Assembly (NCBI GenBank): GCA_964549585.1
Contig: CAZJWA010000009.1
Location: 2,834-66,833 of the forward strand
Length of the DNA stretch: 64,000 bases
Reading direction: 5' to 3'
Origin: an uncultured Butyrivibrio sp.
Lineage (GTDB): Bacteria > Bacillota > Clostridia > Lachnospirales > Lachnospiraceae
Shown here: positions 57,436 through 64,000 of the stretch, piece by piece
Position numbering within the stretch: the first letter of the stretch is position 1
How the letters are laid out: each line of letters begins with the position of its first letter
Position numbers and translations under genes: made by a program
Notes under the pieces: model-generated
What the model was told of the DNA's origin: nothing
Databases searched by the model: none
The model's input: the letters and a program-made list of their open reading frames with translations, nothing else

Positions 57436-58179
57436 CTATTCGCTCTGAATATCACTCACCTTATAAAGATATATCGCATAAGCAGCGCAAATAACAACAA
57501 ATATGGCAACAATCTGAATATTTGCTGTATTACTTATCGGTGCTGAAAAGCTTGAAGAAAGATTAAATATAAAATGAAATGCTATGCAAATGTTAATGCT
57601 GCCTGTCAGATTGAAAATGAGTGCCAGTACAATACCTATAGCAATTGCTGCCACAATTTGCAGAAGCTGATCTATTCCGGAATAACCATTTAACAGATTT
57701 ACGATATGACCTGCCCCAAACGTAACGCCGCTGATGATTATCGCGAGCTTGGTATTGTAGTCCTTAGAAAGAGCTGTGAAAAGAAGTCCTCTAAATACTA
57801 TCTCTTCAACTATAGCCGCAAATAGCATCTCTCCTGTCAAAACAACCATAGTTATAGCCGAAAGGCTGCTATCAAAACCGCCAATTGCATTTAAAGCTAT
57901 GAGGATAACAAGCGGAATATAGTAAAGAGCTTTCTTTGCGCCTTCATCTGACGGCTTAGTAAGTCCAACTTCCTTTGCCATGTCATTCTTCCTGATCGCC
58001 ATGAAAAGACACAGCATCACTATTCCAATAGTAAGAACTGCAGCCGAATCAGAAATACCAAATACTTCCGAAAGATTTAGTCCTATAGTTCCTGCAAAAA
58101 CGTAAAAGATTATCCATACAAGAGCGTATCCAACAGGTTTTTCTGCGCGAAGTTTATCCATTTTCATAAGTCTCTCCAT
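57436..58179 (-). CDS. CPBP-family intramembrane glutamic endopeptidase (CAAX/Abi)
   Basis: Motifs present: EEIVFRGLLF and FGAGH. It is polytopic. The start could instead be 58167 or 58161 (GGAGAG RBS). Confidence 0.85.
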   Translation of the reverse strand: MERLMKMDKLRAEKPVGYALVWIIFYVFAGTIGLNLSEVFGISDSAAVLTIGIVMLCLFMAIRKNDMAKEVGLTKPSDEGAKKALYYIPLVILIALNAIGGFDSSLSAITMVVLTGEMLFAAIVEEIVFRGLLFTALSKDYNTKLAIIISGVTFGAGHIVNLLNGYSGIDQLLQIVAAIAIGIVLALIFNLTGSINICIAFHFIFNLSSSFSAPISNTANIQIVAIFVVICAAYAIYLYKVSDIQSE

Positions 58180-58232
58180 TCAATTTGCGTTATTTTAATT
58201 TAGATTAGAAATGCAATTTCGTTTTATTATAC

Positions 58233-58321
58233 TGCAAAAGTTCGCCCGGCGGCGAACTTTTGCACAGCTGCGTTTTTTATTCTTAGTACAAAAGGTTGCC
58301 CCACGGCGAACTTTTGCACAG
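58233..58321. repeat. two tandem palindromic repeat units (hairpin 1 + CACAG tail)
   Basis: Unit 1 is TGCAAAAGTTCGCC cggc GGCGAACTTTTGCA, then CAGCTGCG (58233-58272). Unit 2 is tacaaaaggttgccccacggcgaacttttgcacag (58287-58321). Confidence 0.85.
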
Positions 58322-58404
58322 TTTAACATAAAGAAGGCGTGTTTGGAATACTTTTCCGCACACGCCTTCGAAAATTATTATATTAGCTCTTTTTCCTAAT
58401 AAAA

Positions 58405-60804
58405 TTAGTTATTGATCTTTCTCTTACGTCTTCCTGCGATAACTGTAGCTGCTGCAAGACCAGCACATGAAATAATGATTCCCATTCTTGCCATGCTATT
58501 TGTTGAATCGCCTGTCTGACCGTCTCTAAATGCGCCAAGTACTGCAGGATCCTCTTCGAGAGTTCTCGTAGCTCCAAGTACTTCAGGCTCCTGGGCTACT
58601 GTTCTGGTTACTCCAAGTACTGCTGGCTCTGCTGCTAAAGCAACAGGTGTCTCAGTAATAGTTGTCTCTGTGGTCGTTGGAGTATCAGGTGTAGATGGGG
58701 TATCTGGGGTTTCAGGAGTCTCGGGTGTTTCTGGAGTCTCTGGAGTTTCTGGGGTCTCTGGATCTTCAATATCTTCGCTCCAACTTGATGAAGTCTTTGT
58801 CTTTTTCTGTGACTTTGTCTGCATAGTATAACTTACAGATGATGAAGTAGTAGGGGTAGTGATATCTTCTTTTCTAGTCACCATATTGCTTCCTGTATAG
58901 GAATGGAATTCACAGTCATTGTTAACAAAAGTATTAGAAACAGATCTTCCCTCAGTCGGTGAACCATTACCTACTCCGCCTCTTGCCTCAACTGATGCTT
59001 CAGGTGCAATCAATGTCCCATAAAAATTTCCGAGAAGAACATTTCCTGAGTAACCAGACAGATTCCAAAAAACATGGTTTGTAAAAAACACCTTATCAGT
59101 TACTTCTGTATCATTAACAAATAATTTATAGTTACAAAGTTTAATTGAAGTATCATTTTCGGTTGCATCATCTGAAACACTTATATTCAAATTAACAATA
59201 CAAATCTGATTTTCATCTGTAAGATAAATTTTAAGGCAATTATTAAGATCAGTATTCTCTATACTCTTTGGATTTGTTGTAATATCTGTAGAACTTAATG
59301 TTATATCAACATTAGCATAAAGTACATCAACGCTACTATTTCCATCAGCTATATCAGCAAGAAGCTGAGAATTTGCCTTTATTGAATCAATTACTTGATT
59401 CCCTGAATTATCATCCCAGATAACATCACAATTTGAATTACTTATGGCATCACTACTTAATTCATCTGATAATTCGCTTACCTTATCTATTACCTGCTCA
59501 ACTGTTTGATCTGTAAATTGCTGTCTATCGGTTGTTGTTTTGCTTACATTATCTAATTTTGTATTATTTCCCATGACATCTGAAACAGTATATGTACCAT
59601 CTCCATTATCAGTAAATTTTACAATATATCTACCATCATTAGGTTTATTTGTAAGGCTCTCTCGATAGGATTTAAATGCAGAACTTTTGGCATCTGTTAA
59701 ATTTTGGTCATATCGAAATAACTCATAACCCTCCGGAACAACAAGTGTTGCAGAAGAGTCCACATTAACTGCACTTCCTGATGGATTAGTGATTGCTTCT
59801 GTATATATTTTATAATCTGCTCCATTATCCAAATTGCTGCTTATTGAATGATTGAGCGTCAAATTACCTGTAGCAATACTACTTTGTATATCATTATTCA
59901 CCGTAACTTCATTCGCAACAACGCCATAATTTCCAATTAGTGCAAGGATGCTGTTAAGGTTCTCATTGCCTGTTGTTATTTCCTTTCCGTCCCTATCGCA
60001 AAGCTTATATACAGTCTGGGAAGTAGTCGTTGTTTCGCCTGTTGTTTCATTTTTTACTTCTGTATATATTACCCATGATGTAACAGTAGTAACAACTGTA
60101 TCACCATTCGCATTTGTACCAGTAGTAACTTCTGTTGATGTTGGATTTATGCTTGTATATGTCGTGGTAGTAGTCGTTGTCGTAGACCCATCGTCATTAG
60201 TAACAGGTTCAGGTGCCGAAGCTGAGCTTTCATACTTAGTATCATCTGTCAAATCTGCTGGGACATCAGAAATTGCAACATTTACAGGATCAGAAACAAT
60301 AGATGCATCTGTTACTGTTGTAGCAGTATTTCCACTAGATGACCCATCTGCATTAATCGTTGTATCCGAAACAGTCTGTGTTCCAGAACCATCTACATTA
60401 CTTGTTGTGTCTGAATATGTTTGTGTTCCAGAGCCATCTGCATTTGTCTGAGTAGTTGTTGATGTATTTGTTTTGGTCTGATCATCATATTCTGTATCAA
60501 CAGTAACCTGGGTCGTAGTACTTCCGTCATCACCTTTTGTCTGTGTTATAGTTGTTGTCTGTGTTCCATCTCCATGAGTTTCATCAGTAACCTGTCCTTT
60601 ACTAATAGACTCCGATGATCCTGATGAATGAGTCTCAGTTGTTACAGGAGCTTCAGTTGTTTCCGCCTGTGGCTCTGGTGTTGTTTCTGTTGTTGGAACT
60701 TCGTCTGCATATACACTTGGAATGTTTACGGCAAGAGTTGACATTGAAACGGTTGCTACTGAAATTATGGTTGCTATGTTCTTTACAAGATTCTTTCTTC
60801 TCAT
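58405..60804 (-). CDS. large secreted surface protein: Thr-rich repeats + choice-of-anchor-A-like domain + PET linker + C-terminal TM/charged anchor
   Basis: It has a signal peptide ending VYA. Segments IGNYGVVANEVTV...IATGNL and VFWNL..GTLIAPEASV resemble the choice-of-anchor A domain. The (PET)n linker is followed by three (E/D)PxVLGxxR repeats. The C-terminus is GQTGD + hydrophobic helix + RRKRK. Confidence 0.7.
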   Translation of the reverse strand: MRRKNLVKNIATIISVATVSMSTLAVNIPSVYADEVPTTETTPEPQAETTEAPVTTETHSSGSSESISKGQVTDETHGDGTQTTTITQTKGDDGSTTTQVTVDTEYDDQTKTNTSTTTQTNADGSGTQTYSDTTSNVDGSGTQTVSDTTINADGSSSGNTATTVTDASIVSDPVNVAISDVPADLTDDTKYESSASAPEPVTNDDGSTTTTTTTTYTSINPTSTEVTTGTNANGDTVVTTVTSWVIYTEVKNETTGETTTTSQTVYKLCDRDGKEITTGNENLNSILALIGNYGVVANEVTVNNDIQSSIATGNLTLNHSISSNLDNGADYKIYTEAITNPSGSAVNVDSSATLVVPEGYELFRYDQNLTDAKSSAFKSYRESLTNKPNDGRYIVKFTDNGDGTYTVSDVMGNNTKLDNVSKTTTDRQQFTDQTVEQVIDKVSELSDELSSDAISNSNCDVIWDDNSGNQVIDSIKANSQLLADIADGNSSVDVLYANVDITLSSTDITTNPKSIENTDLNNCLKIYLTDENQICIVNLNISVSDDATENDTSIKLCNYKLFVNDTEVTDKVFFTNHVFWNLSGYSGNVLLGNFYGTLIAPEASVEARGGVGNGSPTEGRSVSNTFVNNDCEFHSYTGSNMVTRKEDITTPTTSSSVSYTMQTKSQKKTKTSSSWSEDIEDPETPETPETPETPETPETPDTPSTPDTPTTTETTITETPVALAAEPAVLGVTRTVAQEPEVLGATRTLEEDPAVLGAFRDGQTGDSTNSMARMGIIISCAGLAAATVIAGRRKRKINN
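58676..58763. repeat. 9-bp coding tandem repeat (PET/PDT linker)
   Basis: ggngtytcn units encode ETPETPETPETPETPETPDTPSTPDTP. Confidence 0.85.
60320..60465. repeat. 45-bp coding tandem repeat, about 3 copies
   Basis: tgtgttccagaaccatctacatt at 60377 and tgtgttccagagccatctgcatt at 60422. The peptide units are (T/S)N(A/V)DGSGTQT(Y/V)SDTT. Confidence 0.75.
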
Positions 60805-60951
60805 GACTGCTCCTTTGTGTAATCAGATTGGTTTCATTTATTTCTTAAACGTTTTCTGTAGTGTAACAAATGAGTCATCATAGAAACTATCATAATTTGG
60901 TTTATTTTTGATTTTTCTGATATTTTTTAAAAAATAGATAATTTTGTACGT

Positions 60952-60986
60952 AAAAAGGTGTACTGAAATTAATCTCAGTACACCTT
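60952..60986 (-). terminator. intrinsic terminator after the EAL gene
   Basis: AAGGTGTACTGA / TCAGTACACCTT, followed on the minus strand by U5. Confidence 0.8.
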
Positions 60987-61045
60987 AATCACAAAAAGCC
61001 AAACATAAAATCACGTTCTATTGTTTGAAAGTTCAAAATAAAACA

Positions 61046-62788
61046 TTATTCAAGGAGCCTTTTAACACTAAGTCTTTGTTCAAATTCATCCATTGGCATT
61101 GGTTTTGCATACAAAAAGCCCTGTATCATATCGCAGTTGGCATTTAGAAGGAAATCCCTCTGAACTTCAGTTTCAACTCCCTCAGCTATAACCTTCATAT
61201 CCAATTCGCCTGCCATATTTATGATATTGGCAATAAGAACACGGTCCTTGTGTCCTTCTTTCTCATTACCAATCTCACTGATAAATGAACGATCAAGCTT
61301 TAAAACATCAACTGAAAGGTTCTTAATTAGATTTAGTGATGAATATCCAGTGCCAAAATCATCTATTGATGTTGCGATTCCGCATTTCTTTAGCTCTGAA
61401 AAGACATATGTCATAATAGGATATTCTTCAGAATCAACCGTTTCAGTAAGCTCAATCTCAATATACTTTGGATCAATTTGATACTGTGCAAGCACTGCCA
61501 TGATATCTTTTACCAGATTCTGATTCTGTAAATTCCATCTGGAAAAATTAACTGATATCCTTACAGGTTCAATTCCCTTAGCAAGCCAATTAGAAATGCA
61601 AATGCATGTCTGCCTCAGTATCTCAAAATCAAGTTTACAAATTGTTCCGTCCTGTTCAAGAATAGGAATAAACTGAGCAGGAGGTACGATTCCTCCATTA
61701 TGATTCCACCTGGCAAGCGCCTCTGCGCCGCATATCTCACCAGTTCTTACAATTACCTTTGGTTGGAAAAATGGTACAAATTCCTTATTTTCAAGGCTCT
61801 TACCAAAGTCTACAATAATTTTTTGCCCCGTAAGAATCTTTTGAGATATCTTTTCATTATAAAAAACATATGGCTTATGATAAATCTGTTTGGCAGCCTG
61901 ATATGCAACAGAAATAGGAAGCATAACTTCTGATGGTGAATCAAGCTTATCCGGAAGCTCATAAATTCCAGCCGTAGCACTAAGTGAAACAAGTCTTACC
62001 CCGGCCTCTGTCTCAACCTGAAGCTCAATATTTGAAAAGAAGTGGATAAATTCCTGACGCCTTTCTCTCTCGATAAATGCCATGAAATTGTCACCGCCAA
62101 GCCTTCCTATAATCTCCCCATCACCTGCAAAAGACATGAGCTTTCTGGCATACTGAATCATTATCTCATCGCCTTTATTGTACTTTACTATCTTATTTAT
62201 ATACTTAAAATTCCTTGTATTAAGATAATAAGCGTCATAACAACCAATGCGTCCCGTAGCCATAACCTTGGCAATATGCTGCATATAAAGCTTTATATTT
62301 GGAAGACCGGTCATCGTATCATGAACCATAATCGACCGAACCATTCCGGCAAGACGCGCCCTCCCTGCATAAGAAAATACAATCTGCGCAATCAGGCTAA
62401 GCACATCTTCAATATCCTCACAAAAATACTCTCCCTCATAAGGATATATTTTGATCGTAACCTCTCCGCCCTCATCTGTCCTGAATTTCTTTTTAAAAGA
62501 GTCCTCGTAATTAACGACACCACTTGATGAATATAAAGTCTCTGCCTTATGCTCTCCTCCAAGAAGAACCGGATTAGGAGGTGCATTAAGCTCAGTAGTC
62601 ATAAGCCCAATGCCAAGCAGTTTGGCAATAGGCTCAAGAGCAGTTTCACTCACCTTAAAGAAAGCTATCGGATCAAGTTCTGTATATGTATATTCACTGA
62701 TCAAAGTTTCAATAGCATTTCTTAAGCTCTTTTGTCTGGCAGATTCCTTCACAGGATACTTTACTGTGTGCGTCATATACAACCTCAT
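61046..62788 (-). CDS. c-di-GMP phosphodiesterase: N-terminal unknown domain + degenerate GGDEF + EAL
   Basis: EAL motifs are intact (EALARW, EIELTE, DDFGTGYSS, KLDRSF, EGVETE, QGFLYAKP). The GGDEF site reads GGDNF. Confidence 0.85.
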   Translation of the reverse strand: MRLYMTHTVKYPVKESARQKSLRNAIETLISEYTYTELDPIAFFKVSETALEPIAKLLGIGLMTTELNAPPNPVLLGGEHKAETLYSSSGVVNYEDSFKKKFRTDEGGEVTIKIYPYEGEYFCEDIEDVLSLIAQIVFSYAGRARLAGMVRSIMVHDTMTGLPNIKLYMQHIAKVMATGRIGCYDAYYLNTRNFKYINKIVKYNKGDEIMIQYARKLMSFAGDGEIIGRLGGDNFMAFIERERRQEFIHFFSNIELQVETEAGVRLVSLSATAGIYELPDKLDSPSEVMLPISVAYQAAKQIYHKPYVFYNEKISQKILTGQKIIVDFGKSLENKEFVPFFQPKVIVRTGEICGAEALARWNHNGGIVPPAQFIPILEQDGTICKLDFEILRQTCICISNWLAKGIEPVRISVNFSRWNLQNQNLVKDIMAVLAQYQIDPKYIEIELTETVDSEEYPIMTYVFSELKKCGIATSIDDFGTGYSSLNLIKNLSVDVLKLDRSFISEIGNEKEGHKDRVLIANIINMAGELDMKVIAEGVETEVQRDFLLNANCDMIQGFLYAKPMPMDEFEQRLSVKRLLE

Positions 62789-62898
62789 CGTAATACTTGA
62801 TAATACGTTATCTTAAACGTTTTCGATAAAGATATTATATATAGAGAAGCAGCGAAAATCCACTTAAATTCTTTGGCAATTTTTCACAAAAAAATAAC

Positions 62899-63843
62899 TC
62901 ATTTCTTGTACTTATAGAACCCCTCACCGGTCGACATTCCAAGTTTACCCTCATCAATATAACCCTTTAGCATCTTGGACATACCCTTGAAGTTATATGG
63001 TGCGAGGAACGAAGGAAGCTTAACATACATCTGCACAATATTGTAAGCAGTCGTAAGACCTACCGTATCGAGAATTCTAAATGGTCCCTTCGGAGCTCCT
63101 GTGCCCAGCGTCCATGCCTTATCAATACTTTCAGGGTCTGAAATTCCATTTACATACAGATCCATTCCTGAGAAAAGAAGTGGAATAAGCATGGAATTAA
63201 GTAAATAGCCTGATTTCTCTTTCTTAACAGGAAGCGGAACCATTCTGATATCGGCAGCAAATTCCATTACCTCATCAAAATAATGCATATCAGTCTTACT
63301 CTGTACCATTACCTCAGCTGTATTATTCTTCCAGATTGAATTTGCAAAATGAAGTGAAAGGTATTTATCAGCTCTTCCGGTATACTTTGCAAACTTTGAC
63401 GGAAGCATAGTTGACGAATTCGTTACTACTATAGTCTTTGCAGGAAGAAGCGAAGCCATCTTATTATAGAAATCTATCTTCTGCTGTTCATTCTCGGCCA
63501 TTGACTCAATAACAAGATCTGCATCTGCAACAGCCTTACCAAGGTCAAGTTCGAGCTTGATATTCTTATATGCATCTTCAGACTTCTTAAGACAAGCTTC
63601 CTTGTCAAAAGAATCATAATCAGCAATTCCACGTGCCCAAGTGCCAGGTGTCTGTCCCTCTGGAGTTGCCATCTGCGAAATAGTATCAGCATACACCTGT
63701 CTTAGGTGATCCAGCTTTGGCTGAGTTCTTGTAATGCTGCTCTCACTTCGCAGCCAAATCGTAACATTAAATCCGCAATAAGCACTCTGATATGCTATCT
63801 GACTTCCAAGTACACCACCGCCCGCAATAACAATGTTCTTCAT
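62899..63843 (-). CDS. 3-hydroxyacyl-CoA dehydrogenase family protein
   Basis: It has an N-terminal Rossmann motif (IAGGGVLGSQIA) and the two-domain length (314 aa) typical of HBD/HADH-like enzymes. Confidence 0.75.
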   Translation of the reverse strand: MKNIVIAGGGVLGSQIAYQSAYCGFNVTIWLRSESSITRTQPKLDHLRQVYADTISQMATPEGQTPGTWARGIADYDSFDKEACLKKSEDAYKNIKLELDLGKAVADADLVIESMAENEQQKIDFYNKMASLLPAKTIVVTNSSTMLPSKFAKYTGRADKYLSLHFANSIWKNNTAEVMVQSKTDMHYFDEVMEFAADIRMVPLPVKKEKSGYLLNSMLIPLLFSGMDLYVNGISDPESIDKAWTLGTGAPKGPFRILDTVGLTTAYNIVQMYVKLPSFLAPYNFKGMSKMLKGYIDEGKLGMSTGEGFYKYKK

Positions 63844-64000
63844 TCTGCCATACCTCCGTTAGTATGCTGGTTAATAATTCACAATAGTATTTCTGTTACT
63901 TAATACTATATTATAAAAAAATACCACAATCAATCAAAATGCTTCCATTATTATAGTAATTATCAATAAATACTCATCTTTATCTAAAAACTTTTTATGT

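Noticed and set aside
58676-58763. Short regular repeats (9-bp PET units here; 18-bp ENS units at 44377-44524; 13-bp units at 24189-24238) considered as a CRISPR or minisatellite array
   Set aside because: The units are far shorter than CRISPR repeats and have no spacers. Two of the three sets are in-frame coding linkers. No cas genes are present in the window.
59948-60451. 167-aa plus-strand ORF rich in Val/Ser
   Set aside because: It lies antisense to the Thr-rich repeat region of the surface protein, and the codon complementarity (ACN versus NGT) explains why the frame is open.
62042-62527. 161-aa plus-strand ORF
   Set aside because: It lies antisense to the GGDEF/EAL gene, which has clear domain motifs.
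1-64000. Search for defence systems, prophage, integrative elements, toxin-antitoxin pairs, tRNA/rRNA genes
   Set aside because: I found no integrase, transposase, recombinase, nuclease/helicase/methylase-type ORF, phage structural gene or tRNA-like cloverleaf. The CPBP (Abi-like) protease is the only family loosely linked to immunity, and it has no partner genes here.

Overview
This is a 64-kb low-GC chromosomal segment that looks like a saccharolytic Clostridia / Lachnospiraceae-type Firmicute. That assignment is inferred only from the protein families and the style of the signals. I support about 50 CDS, roughly 85% of them on the minus strand. I saw no rRNA, tRNA, CRISPR array, transposase, integrase, phage gene or recognisable defence gene.

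Content from left to right:
- trpG (partial) and trpE, behind a Trp-specific T-box leader.
- A TIGR01212-type radical SAM gene.
- An SPFH / double-zinc-ribbon / TPM gene triad (YdjI/YdjG/YdjH-like) with no adjacent PspA gene.
- An envelope cluster: an L,D-transpeptidase, two DUF3298-like lipoproteins, a DUF3048 lipoprotein, a MATE exporter and a 7TM-GGDEF cyclase.
- A heparinase II/III-like gene.
- A thiamine salvage operon (thiE-thiD-cytX-thiW-thiM) behind a TPP riboswitch.
- A xylo-oligosaccharide locus: GH8, an LplABC-type ABC importer, a YesMN-type two-component system, and a divergent carboxylesterase-GH43 fusion.
- deoB-deoC preceded by a group-B-like [FeFe] hydrogenase gene.
- A NitT/TauT-type ABC transporter.
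- A maltodextrin cluster: MalEFG-like genes plus a GH13 lipoprotein.
- A membrane-protein pair with an AraC/GyrI regulator and a MATE exporter.
- A DUF1015 gene.
- An ArsR / P1B-ATPase / HMA metal-efflux operon.
- DUF1275 and CPBP membrane proteins.
- A large Thr-rich surface protein.
- An EAL/degenerate-GGDEF protein and a 3-hydroxyacyl-CoA dehydrogenase.

The most system-like unexplained item is the PspA-less SPFH/Zn-ribbon/TPM triad. The other items worth follow-up are RNA- or repeat-level: a duplicated hairpin module in the trp leader, a GC-rich structured island plus 13-bp direct repeats inside the thi operon, and a dispersed palindromic intergenic repeat family. All functional calls rest on motif recognition by eye. 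No database search was run.
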